Shown here one piece after another: positions 1-7,712 of a stretch of 64,000 nucleotides of DNA. A program made the position numbers and the translations under genes. The notes beneath the pieces are model-generated. The model was not told the DNA's origin. It ran no database searches and saw only the letters and a list, made by a program, of their open reading frames with translations. The first letter of the stretch is position 1. The number at the start of each line of letters is the position of its first letter. Origin of the DNA: a virus; the IMG/VR virus record IMGVR_UViG_3300016471_001099, positions 32,001 to 96,000 of that record; one strand, given 5' to 3'.

Positions 1-381
1 GGAATTGGCGTCGTACGACCCGGAATTGACTATGGTTCTTATGAGTTTTGAGAGCCTGGCGTTGAGTATCTCCCCCTTGGCCCTGTTCAGCGTCACGTGC
101 ATTATCATCGCTTCGACGTCGGAAAGATTGGATAGCAGGACGACGGGAACGAAAATACCGTCCACGAGCAATTCCCTATTGGCCGAAGATATGGCGACCC
201 TTTCGTGGCCGTCCACTATCTTTACCTGTTCCTTTCCGTAGGCAACTATCGGCGACAGCCACCCGTACCTCTTTAGCGACGCGGCCAAAAGGCGGAGGTC
301 CTGTTTTACTATATAGGTTGACCTCCAAGGCGACGGGGTCAGCGAATCGATCTCGATCAATTTAGTTTCGTTGCTACTCAT
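1..381 (-). CDS. ParB/Srx-like protein (IbrB/YbdM-like), runs off the left edge
   Basis: Not in the ORF track. Manual translation from ATG at 381: MSSNETKLIEIDSLTPSPWRSTY...SLKRYGWLSPIV...IVDGHER...MHVTLNRAKG, which carries ParB-N motifs. Overlaps the stop of the PAPS-reductase gene. Confidence 0.8.
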   Translation of the reverse strand, partial: MSSNETKLIEIDSLTPSPWRSTYIVKQDLRLLAASLKRYGWLSPIVAYGKEQVKIVDGHERVAISSANRELLVDGIFVPVVLLSNLSDVEAMIMHVTLNRAKGEILNARLSKLIRTIVNSGSYDANS

Positions 382-1504
382 TTTCTTTATCCGCGTTTTC
401 TCTAATGGATATTCCGTAAGCCTTCGTCCCCGGCCCCATCGGAGTGGGCGACACGGCGGAGAACTCGTTCAAGAGGAGCGTCCTTATCAACCAATGTATC
501 GGGTAGCTCTTCGGGTCGTTCCTCATCTTCATCCTAAACTTCGCCGCGAAAGACATAGCGTATTGTCTATGCGATTCGTCGATCATGTTGTCGTCTATGC
601 AGGCTTTGACCCCGTCCCAACCGTACCTGGAATAATCCATTATTAGTTTCTCCACGTCGTAATCGACCCACAATCTCCTTTGCGCGTCTATCATCGGCCA
701 CACTCGTTGAAGCTGATCGAAAAAAAATGGTTCCGTTGCCAGTAGGTCTTTCATCCTTCTCGCCGCGGTCGAATACAAAGGCGACCCCACTCTGGTGTTG
801 GAGCCCGTCATGGCGGCGGCATCGTAATACTCGCAGTATTCGCCTCCGTGTTCCTCAACGACGAATTTCAGCACGTCGTCTGTCGTCCAGTCGTAAATTA
901 CCTTGGCGAGCCTGAGCGGAAGGTTTCTCGGAGCCCTGTACGGAACGACTATGTAGTTCTCGTGCAGTTTCTGCACGAGCGACCTGTACCTGACCATCGA
1001 TTCGTTGGCCCTGACGCCCGTTATGAAGGCAGTCCTCCCCTTTTTGCCCTGCATCGTCCAGTGATCCATGTCGCCCATGTGCTCTTCCCTGCTGAGCCCG
1101 AACGATTCGGCGCTTATGGCGAACGGTGGCATGGGGCGAACGAGCCGCCCTTCGTCCTCCCTTTTTTTGGACCACGCAATTTCCGTCGTTCTTTTTCCCA
1201 TTGACCAGACTTCCATCCCCACCGAAAGGCAGTACCACTCCATGTCGACCCAGTCGTAGTTGCGAACCTTTTCCACGAAATCGATGACCATCGGGCTGAC
1301 GACTTCGTCGTCCCTAAATATCGTCTTCACCGGGCCGAGTCCGCGCTCGTCGTGAACTTCTTTGGCCAAGTAGAGAACCGCAGTCGAATCTTTGCCACCA
1401 GAAAATTGAACGCAAACGGTGTCGAACGTGTCGTACACGTGCCTGATTCTTTTTCTGGCCGCGTCAACGCAGCTCATGTCGAGATAGAGGCGTTTTCTCG
1501 GCAT
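374..1504 (-). CDS. PAPS-reductase-family / IbrA (YbdN)-like adenine-nucleotide alpha-hydrolase protein
   Basis: PP-loop FSGGKDS, plus ITGVRANES..RY and IYDW motifs; flanked by ParB-like genes. Confidence 0.85.
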   Translation of the reverse strand: MPRKRLYLDMSCVDAARKRIRHVYDTFDTVCVQFSGGKDSTAVLYLAKEVHDERGLGPVKTIFRDDEVVSPMVIDFVEKVRNYDWVDMEWYCLSVGMEVWSMGKRTTEIAWSKKREDEGRLVRPMPPFAISAESFGLSREEHMGDMDHWTMQGKKGRTAFITGVRANESMVRYRSLVQKLHENYIVVPYRAPRNLPLRLAKVIYDWTTDDVLKFVVEEHGGEYCEYYDAAAMTGSNTRVGSPLYSTAARRMKDLLATEPFFFDQLQRVWPMIDAQRRLWVDYDVEKLIMDYSRYGWDGVKACIDDNMIDESHRQYAMSFAAKFRMKMRNDPKSYPIHWLIRTLLLNEFSAVSPTPMGPGTKAYGISIRENADKENE

Positions 1505-2289
1505 TAAAAGTCGGCGTTCGAATCTATGAAATCGATCAATTTTGACGCAGTAGTCTCACCGACGTAGGCCGGATCGTTTCGCAAATACCTAACGAAATCG
1601 TACCAACGTTTTTGCTGGTCGGCGTCGTCGAAAACCAGCGTGTACTGGACGACGGCTCGCTCCCCGCCCCTCACTCCGACGGCGACGCTTCCCCTGGTTA
1701 TCGCGTCTTCTCTGTCTACTTTTTCGGTGGCGACGTAATTGACCTCGTCTTTTTCGTTTACCTCCTCGAGCACGTTTTCCTCGATTGCGTTCTCGAAGGG
1801 GTTGACGATTACGGCGGGGGTGTAGCCGCCCCTGTTGTCGTTCCTCTCGTTCACAAATATGTCCGTGGAGAGCGAAGCAACCTCGAACTCGTCCCAACCG
1901 AGGCCGAGGAGAAGATCCTGATAGTCGGACGATATTTGCGACATCAACTCGAGAACCACCTCCTGGTCCGTGTTGCCCAACTCGGTCGTCCTGTTGTCGG
2001 CGAGAGCGAATGCGTGACCCCTGTTTTCGTCGACCTCGTATACGATCGCGGCTATTTTTTTCCAGCCGAGTTTCTTGGCGGCGATGAGCTGATGGTTTCC
2101 GGCTATGACGGAATAAGTTCCGTCTCCCTTCGGCATTACGACGATCGGCTTTACCTGTCCGAACTCCCTGTAGGAGGCCACTATTGCCTCCACGTTGCCA
2201 ATTCTCGGATTCTTCTCGAGGTGTTTTAGGAGATCTACGTCGATCGCAAGATTGGCTATCGACGGATGAATGTTCCCGGATTCGGTCAT
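1504..2289 (-). CDS. ParB-like nuclease-domain protein
   Basis: NPRIGNV..IVASYREFGQVKPIVV...VIAGNHQLIAAKKLGW...ALADNRT. Start moved to ATG 2289, which gives an ATGA overlap with the upstream stop. Confidence 0.8.
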   Translation of the reverse strand: MTESGNIHPSIANLAIDVDLLKHLEKNPRIGNVEAIVASYREFGQVKPIVVMPKGDGTYSVIAGNHQLIAAKKLGWKKIAAIVYEVDENRGHAFALADNRTTELGNTDQEVVLELMSQISSDYQDLLLGLGWDEFEVASLSTDIFVNERNDNRGGYTPAVIVNPFENAIEENVLEEVNEKDEVNYVATEKVDREDAITRGSVAVGVRGGERAVVQYTLVFDDADQQKRWYDFVRYLRNDPAYVGETTASKLIDFIDSNADF

Positions 2290-2624
2290 ACCTGCGCCCT
2301 CACGTTGGCGTTCAGCGTCCTCAATGCGTCTATGGAGGTTCTCAGCGACAGAAGTTTTTCTCTTTTGGCTTTTACGAGGGCCTCGGAAATTTTGTAGTCG
2401 TAGTTTTCTTCGTTCATTTGGTAGTCGGCCCATGCCTCGCGTTCCTTGATGGATCCCTTTGCGGAGAGATACGACTTGGCCCAGTCCGCTTTGTACTTGG
2501 CCTCCTTCTTGGCGGCGTCGGTGGAGAGCGTTTCGAAAGCCTCCGTTTCGCTCTCCAACAAATCCATGAGTCGCAGGAGCTCTTCTTCTACCTCGACCTG
2601 ACTAATCGGCGTACTGCGAGTCAC
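2286..2624 (-). CDS. Helical phage protein, weakly UvsY-like recombination accessory
   Basis: 112-aa coiled-coil-like ORF coupled between the resolvase and ParB genes. The UvsY resemblance is by eye only. Confidence 0.55.
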   Translation of the reverse strand: MTRSTPISQVEVEEELLRLMDLLESETEAFETLSTDAAKKEAKYKADWAKSYLSAKGSIKEREAWADYQMNEENYDYKISEALVKAKREKLLSLRTSIDALRTLNANVRAQV

Positions 2625-3162
2625 TGCATTTTCCTTTGTAATTTTCTATCGGGGACCAATCAACTCCGTCGGCGACGGCGCGACTTGCTTCCGGCCAATC
2701 GTATCTCGGACTACCCCATTTAATCAATGCCATTTCCTCGAGTATCCAAGCGTCGCACACGTCGTCGGCCCCCGGGCCGGACCATATGATCCCGGTTCTC
2801 GCCGAGACGGCCGACACGACCTCGCTTTTGGAGGAATTTCCTTTGCCGGTGGCGAATTTGGCTCTCGCCGTTGGCGCTATCTCGGCGAAAGGAATGTTAT
2901 TCGAGCACAGAACGTACCTCACGACGCCACCGAGTTCGCCTATGGAAAAGGCCTGTCCCGACCTGGCGGCGAAAGCGTACCCCTCTATCACTACTGCGTT
3001 CACCTTGTGAAAGCGCACCAACTCCATTATCTGCGCCGAAATATCCACAAGTCTTTGGGTTCCCTTGCTTTTGGGAATTATCGCCCCGCGCGATTCTTGC
3101 ACCGACCAGCCCGTGGACGATAGGGACAGGTCCAACCCCATGAAAGTTTTCTTTTTTTCCAC
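2602..3162 (-). CDS. ruvC: RuvC-like Holliday junction resolvase
   Basis: GLDLSLSSTG (D), VVIEGY (E), GELGGVVR, KFATGKGN..K, DDVCDA (D..D): an RNase H-fold catalytic pattern. Confidence 0.8.
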   Translation of the reverse strand: MEKKKTFMGLDLSLSSTGWSVQESRGAIIPKSKGTQRLVDISAQIMELVRFHKVNAVVIEGYAFAARSGQAFSIGELGGVVRYVLCSNNIPFAEIAPTARAKFATGKGNSSKSEVVSAVSARTGIIWSGPGADDVCDAWILEEMALIKWGSPRYDWPEASRAVADGVDWSPIENYKGKCSDSQYAD

Positions 3163-3174
3163 GAACGAAAGCTA

Positions 3175-3250
3175 CCGCGTTTGACGGGCAGCCCCCGGGG
3201 CCTGCACTCCCCGGGGGCCAGGCGCCCGAATGGGGCTGCACCCGTCGCGG
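3175..3250. other. Long GC-rich imperfect stem-loop in the intergenic gap; candidate structured RNA or leader
   Basis: GACGGG 3183-3188 pairs with CCCGTC 3241-3246; CAGCCCC 3189-3195 with GGGGCTG 3232-3238; CGGG with CCCG; GCCTG with CAGGC. Confidence 0.55.
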
Positions 3251-3301
3251 AATTAACCGCCAGATCGGATCACCCCCTCCCTTGTCGAGTTACCTGCCAC
3301 G

Positions 3302-3307
3302 ATTGTA
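3302..3307 (-). promoter_or_regulatory. Putative -10 element (TACAAT)
   Basis: TANNNT hexamer in an AT-rich intergenic patch upstream of the stem-loop and resolvase; no clear -35. Confidence 0.3.
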
Positions 3308-3340
3308 TCTTCGTAGCTAATACTAAAAAGGGTAATAGTT

Positions 3341-3751
3341 TTACGATTTGTTTCTTTTCCATCCCTCGGCCGCGAGGCCGAGCTCGAAAGCTTTTTTCGG
3401 GTACTTTCCTATCCTCTCGTGGCACGGACGACACACTGCCATGAGATTTTTTTCGTCGAGTATTGAGCCGCCCTGGGATCTGCGTATCAATTCGTGAACG
3501 TCCTGCGAAGGTTTTCTTATGTAGGAGACCTTACCGTCGTCGGCGGCGAAGACGGGGCATGCCTCGCACCATTTTCTTTCCGCAAGAATTTTTTCGACTA
3601 GCTTTCTTCTCTCTGCGTACTTAGCTTCCGTTTTTTTCGAACGAGGTTTCAGTTTCGTCCGCTTCTTCGGGCCTGCCGAGCCTTTCGAAAGCCCAGACCC
3701 CCTCGAGGGCTTTGTAGAGCGCTTCATCGGCCGGCGTCGTCTCAATGTCAT
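3341..3751 (-). CDS. HNH endonuclease (start uncertain)
   Basis: CEAC...DVHELIRRSQGGSILDEKNLMAVCRPCH: a Zn-binding HNH pattern. Confidence 0.8.
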   Translation of the reverse strand: MTLRRRRPMKRSTKPSRGSGLSKGSAGPKKRTKLKPRSKKTEAKYAERRKLVEKILAERKWCEACPVFAADDGKVSYIRKPSQDVHELIRRSQGGSILDEKNLMAVCRPCHERIGKYPKKAFELGLAAEGWKRNKS

Positions 3752-4175
3752 ATCTCAAAAGATACATCCTGTGGGCTTCTATGGCGTCTCTGCACAAGGA
3801 GAAAAGTTTTTCCTCGTCTGCGCCGACGGCTTTTTGGAGGGAGATCATCCCGGCCACGTCGGAAACTCTCTTGACGACGTGAAACTTGAATCTCTCCGCC
3901 TTGTTTATCTTGTTCTCGTAGTACATTTTTGCCTCGGCGCCGAGTTTTATGCCGTCTTCGCCGAGGCCGGAATAGCGAGCCTCGTCGGCGATCATGTCCT
4001 GCGTGGAGTTTTCTATTTGTCCGTTGAGGTTGTCGAGCAACGCGTTTAGCGCACGCATCCACCTATCGAGGTTTTCGGGCTGGCAAAGAAACTGCCTGTG
4101 CTCTTCGGAGGCCTTGTTTTTCACCTCCTGGGCGACCATATGCGCGAATGCGTCGTCGCTTATGTAGTGGCTCAT
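3621..4175 (-). CDS. Hypothetical phage protein
   Basis: Start at ATG 4175 (MSHYISDDAF) overlaps the exonuclease stop as ATGA; helical composition. Confidence 0.7.
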   Translation of the reverse strand: MSHYISDDAFAHMVAQEVKNKASEEHRQFLCQPENLDRWMRALNALLDNLNGQIENSTQDMIADEARYSGLGEDGIKLGAEAKMYYENKINKAERFKFHVVKRVSDVAGMISLQKAVGADEEKLFSLCRDAIEAHRMYLLRYDIETTPADEALYKALEGVWAFERLGRPEEADETETSFEKNGS

Positions 4176-4957
4176 CGTTTTTCCTTTCTCCAATATTCGC
4201 ATATGGTTTCCTTGAAATAGCACCAATTGCACAACTTCGTAGGTATGGCGGGCCATTCGTCGGCGCCGAAAGACTTGACGATGGAGTCGTACGTTTCGGT
4301 TACCAGCTTGTACACGGAGTCAAGTTGCGATTCGTCCACCGTCCTGATGAATCTTTTTCCGTCCTTCAGGTACAACAATTCGACCGAGGATATTTTTTGA
4401 TCGGTTATTTGCGGGAGCAGGGTCGCGTAAATCATGAGCTGGACGAACTTGTCGTCCACGTACGGTTCCCTCGGCGTCTTGCCCGTCTTGTAGTCGGATA
4501 TTTTCACCGAACCGTTCTCGGCGAACCATCTGTCAATGTAACCTTTCACCCTCACGTCTCGTATTTTTCCGTCAAGTTCCGTCTCGACGCCGCCAACCTC
4601 TATCGTCGTCGGATCCTCTACGCTGAACACGTTCTCTAGGCACCACCACGCCGACCACCGAAATTTTTGAGCCTCCTTGTCGGGAACGAAACCCTTGATT
4701 CTTTCGGCCCAATTTCCGTCGGTCCAAACCGAAGTGCTCAACGAGCGCAGGGAAGACACGGTTCTTTCCCGTGGCGCCAGAAGACCGTAGAAGGACTCCA
4801 GGACGTCGTGCACGAAATTGCCGAGCAGTGTCGCCTGCGTCGGCGGTTCGGAAATTTTGTTGACCCTCGAGTACTTGTACTTAAGGGGACACTGGGAATA
4901 CGTGGCCAGGGAACTCGGGGAAACGTATTCCGGTAATTCGTAGGGAAGCTGATCCAC
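4172..4957 (-). CDS. RecB-family PD-(D/E)XK exonuclease (Cas4-like, Cys cluster)
   Basis: SPSSL..Y..CP, GYIDR, ISDYKTG, QLMIYA and C-terminal CNWC...C motifs. Confidence 0.88.
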   Translation of the reverse strand: MDQLPYELPEYVSPSSLATYSQCPLKYKYSRVNKISEPPTQATLLGNFVHDVLESFYGLLAPRERTVSSLRSLSTSVWTDGNWAERIKGFVPDKEAQKFRWSAWWCLENVFSVEDPTTIEVGGVETELDGKIRDVRVKGYIDRWFAENGSVKISDYKTGKTPREPYVDDKFVQLMIYATLLPQITDQKISSVELLYLKDGKRFIRTVDESQLDSVYKLVTETYDSIVKSFGADEWPAIPTKLCNWCYFKETICEYWRKEKR

Positions 4958-4966
4958 TGGCGATCG

Positions 4967-5608
4967 CTATTCCGACTTGATTCTATTCACCTCTGCGACG
5001 ATGAACTCGAGGTCCTCGACGGTGACGGTGTCGATCGACTTGGGGACCGGTTCGCCGTTGGTGCGCTCGTTCCACCGCTCCCTCATCTTGTTCTTTTGTT
5101 CGGCGTCCAAGTTCTTTGCGAGAGCTACGAAATTGTTCCAAAGCGAAACTTTCCCGTCCTGAACCGACTCGGCCTCGAGATACTGCTCGGCCTCGATGGC
5201 ATCCTCGCTTCTGGCGAGATAGAGCCCGACGCCGAGCGTCTGCGCCGCCTTCTTCAGGGCATCGGAAATCGCCCCCTTGAATTCGTCGCCAAGATCGAGG
5301 ATTTGACCCTGCTTGGTTCGTTTGATTTTTTGGCCGCCGAAACCGTCGCGCGTGATTGTCTGGAATTCGGTCATGAAGTACTCGATCCGCACGTGGGCCA
5401 CGACGAAATCGGGGTCCGCGGCGTCCCTTTCGCAACGGACGATCGTGAACGACCATTTGTCGACGCCGAGAACCTTGTTGAGTCTGTTGATCACCTCGCT
5501 GACGGGTATGTAGGTGAGGGCCGTTCCGCCCTTGTTCACCGTGCGCTCCATCTCCTGCGGAAAATTCTCCGCGAGGGATGCGTAGAGATTCGTGTTGATG
5601 CCGCTCAT
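4967..5608 (-). CDS. Rad52/Rad22-family (Sak-like) single-strand annealing protein
   Basis: YIPVSEVINRLNKVLG..W...KGAISDALKKAAQTLGVGLYL; adjacent to the exonuclease. Confidence 0.85.
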   Translation of the reverse strand: MSGINTNLYASLAENFPQEMERTVNKGGTALTYIPVSEVINRLNKVLGVDKWSFTIVRCERDAADPDFVVAHVRIEYFMTEFQTITRDGFGGQKIKRTKQGQILDLGDEFKGAISDALKKAAQTLGVGLYLARSEDAIEAEQYLEAESVQDGKVSLWNNFVALAKNLDAEQKNKMRERWNERTNGEPVPKSIDTVTVEDLEFIVAEVNRIKSE

Positions 5609-6120
5609 TCTTTCGGTCTCCTTACGATGACGCTTGTTTTTGTTTCCTCCGACACCTCGCAGTATTCGTCGGCCGTTACGCCGATCCCGGAGAGCGCCTT
5701 GACCCTCCAGTACGAGGGTTGGAGATACTTGAGCATTTCTTTGCCGACTGTTTCCGGAGTGGCCGTGACTTCGCCGGTGTCAAGGTCGGTGGAGAGTTGC
5801 ACGATTCGTCGTGCGACGACGTCGGCGAGTTCGTCGTGCTTCCAAGATTTTCTGTCGTACGAAGTTTTCTTTTCCAACTTCGTTCCGTCGGAAAGCGTCA
5901 CCTCGGGAAGATCTGCCATTTTCTCGGCGACGACGGAAATCGCCGAGTCGTAAAGAACCGATACCTCCATCTTGAGGCGATTCAATTCGGAGAGATCGGC
6001 GCACGCCTCCTCGACCGTCACCGAATCCGAGGAGAGATTTTTTATCTCGGCGTCTATGGCCATCAATTTTCCGACGACGTCGCTGACGATCGTGGCTATC
6101 TTGCTTGCTTCTTCGGGCAT
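5605..6120 (-). CDS. Hypothetical phage protein
   Basis: 171-aa ORF with SD GAGGAG upstream and an ATGA overlap with the Rad52-like gene. Confidence 0.75.
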   Translation of the reverse strand: MPEEASKIATIVSDVVGKLMAIDAEIKNLSSDSVTVEEACADLSELNRLKMEVSVLYDSAISVVAEKMADLPEVTLSDGTKLEKKTSYDRKSWKHDELADVVARRIVQLSTDLDTGEVTATPETVGKEMLKYLQPSYWRVKALSGIGVTADEYCEVSEETKTSVIVRRPKE

Positions 6121-6146
6121 TTGATAGGTACTCCTCGCTAGTTAGT

Positions 6147-7457
6147 TCACACGAGGATAGTGGAAGGTCTCCTGTGAGGCAAGCCCAAACCGGCCAAAAA
6201 CATGTACGCACCGACGGCCGAGTCCACCTGGTCGTCGTGGACCGTGGCCTCGGGGAAAGAGGACAATTCGTCCAACCAATCGGTCATCCACGGGGCCCTG
6301 ACTATGCGGACGTTGCCGTTGGCCGCCGCCGCCGAAAATGGCCTAGCCCTGGTGACTTTGTCGCCGGTCGACCTTATTCCCATGAAGTCGTACCCAGGCA
6401 CGACGTATCTTGAATATTGATCGACCAAGGCCTTGCCGGATGACCCGGGCTCCTGCTCCATCCGCACCGATACCGCGGGCCCGTCTTCCGACGCCGTCTG
6501 GGCCACCAGTTGCTCAACTTTGTCGCCCTTCACCCGAGCCCTCTTCACGTCCAGGACGTAGGCGACTCCGTTCTCGAAAAGCATCAGGGTCCCCACGGTC
6601 CAGTCGGGATCGGGATTGGAACCACTGGGCTCGGTGGCGGCGAGGTCCCAAAATCTGCATGCTCTGGCCGTCGGCCCCATTCTCGGAACTTCGCTCGGGT
6701 CTATGACCACGAACGAGGTTCTGTCGAACATGGTTCCGAGAGTCGTTGCCCACCAGTCTCCCTCCTCGAGTCTCCGTCTTTCCAGGGGGTCCAACGAGGC
6801 GAGGGCTATTCGGTAAGACTCGGCATCGATGCCCGGGTTGTCCGTGAGTTTCGAAGGTACGAAAACCCTCCCCGTGCCCAAGCCCTCCACGATGAACCGT
6901 TGCCTAACCCAATTGGGCGCCGGGTTCGATGCCGCCCTCATTCTCAGGGGAACCTCGGATAGCGGGCCCGACGACGGTCTTCGCAGACGAGAAAACAGGT
7001 ATCGGTAATCGTTTTCCCTTATTTCCGTAACCTCGTCCATGCCCACGAATTGAAATTCGGAACCCTTGTATCTCAGGTAGTCGTTCTGATTGTTGAGATA
7101 TCCGAAAGAGATTCGCGCCCCGGAAGGAAAAGTGGCGACGTAGGTGTTGCTATTCCAGTGAATCTCCTCGTAATTCGATATCCAGCTCCTGAACCTGTCC
7201 ATCAGCGCCCCGGGTAGCGACAGGTCGGCGAACGTGCGCCTGAAAAGAATTGCCGAGTAGCCGGGAACGTCCAGGTACTGCATCGCCGACATCAATAGGG
7301 CGGAGGATTTTCCTCCTCCGGCGGCTCCGCCGAACAGACCCTCGAGGCAATTCGTCCTTAAAAACACTTTTTGCGTTAGGGATGGCTCTTCCGGGCAAAA
7401 CAAGGGTTTTTTGGGCTGGAGCCAGTCCAGCACCTTTTCCCAGTTTGTTTCTTCCAT
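6147..7457 (-). CDS. terL: Terminase large subunit
   Basis: Walker A GGAAGGGKS, Walker B-type FVGMDE, ASNP motif; nuclease domain FWDLA...D.TV...HDDQVDS; SD GGAGAG. Confidence 0.93.
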   Translation of the reverse strand: MEETNWEKVLDWLQPKKPLFCPEEPSLTQKVFLRTNCLEGLFGGAAGGGKSSALLMSAMQYLDVPGYSAILFRRTFADLSLPGALMDRFRSWISNYEEIHWNSNTYVATFPSGARISFGYLNNQNDYLRYKGSEFQFVGMDEVTEIRENDYRYLFSRLRRPSSGPLSEVPLRMRAASNPAPNWVRQRFIVEGLGTGRVFVPSKLTDNPGIDAESYRIALASLDPLERRRLEEGDWWATTLGTMFDRTSFVVIDPSEVPRMGPTARACRFWDLAATEPSGSNPDPDWTVGTLMLFENGVAYVLDVKRARVKGDKVEQLVAQTASEDGPAVSVRMEQEPGSSGKALVDQYSRYVVPGYDFMGIRSTGDKVTRARPFSAAAANGNVRIVRAPWMTDWLDELSSFPEATVHDDQVDSAVGAYMFLAGLGLPHRRPSTILV

Positions 7458-7485
7458 TTTCTCTCCGAGCCGTGTTTCGTACTAG

Positions 7486-7491
7486 ATTATA
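7486..7491 (-). promoter_or_regulatory. Putative -10 element (TATAAT) for the leftward operon
   Basis: Perfect TATAAT on the minus strand 28 nt upstream of the terL ATG, in the divergent intergenic gap; no canonical -35. Confidence 0.45.
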
Positions 7492-7523
7492 CGCATCGTA
7501 AAAATAAACGGGGACGGATCAGC

Positions 7524-7703
7524 GTGGATAAATTAAAATTAGTCTTCAGTAAATTGACCACCAGACAAGCAGTCGCCAACATGTTGATGTCTTCATTTAT
7601 ACTGTTTACGGCGATAGGAACTTTTTTGATCAACCCGGCACTCGGCTTCATAGTATTCGGAGTCGCGGCCGGGGCGGTCGGTTATTTGCTCGGACTGGAG
7701 TAA
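7524..7703 (+). CDS. Small membrane protein (59 aa, probably two TM helices)
   Basis: Below the ORF-track cutoff. GTG start gives MDKLKLVFSKLTTRQAVANMLMSSFILFTAIGTFLINPALGFIVFGVAAGAVGYLLGLE; the stop is 9 nt before the portal ATG. Confidence 0.7.
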   Translation: MDKLKLVFSKLTTRQAVANMLMSSFILFTAIGTFLINPALGFIVFGVAAGAVGYLLGLE

Positions 7704-7712
7704 CTCAACTAA

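Noticed and set aside
2289-2433. Track N-terminal extensions of several ORFs (1504-2433, 3621-4256, 23757, 33238, 52951, 53421)
   Set aside because: Shorter starts give ATGA/GTGA coupling or an SD and avoid long overlaps.
4172-4957. Cas4-like gene as evidence of CRISPR
   Set aside because: No repeat-spacer array or other cas gene. Its position beside Rad52/Sak fits a phage recombination exonuclease.
6133-6156. CCTCG...CGAGG inverted repeat after terL as a terminator
   Set aside because: Short stem, long loop and no U-tract; it overlaps the SD of the next gene.
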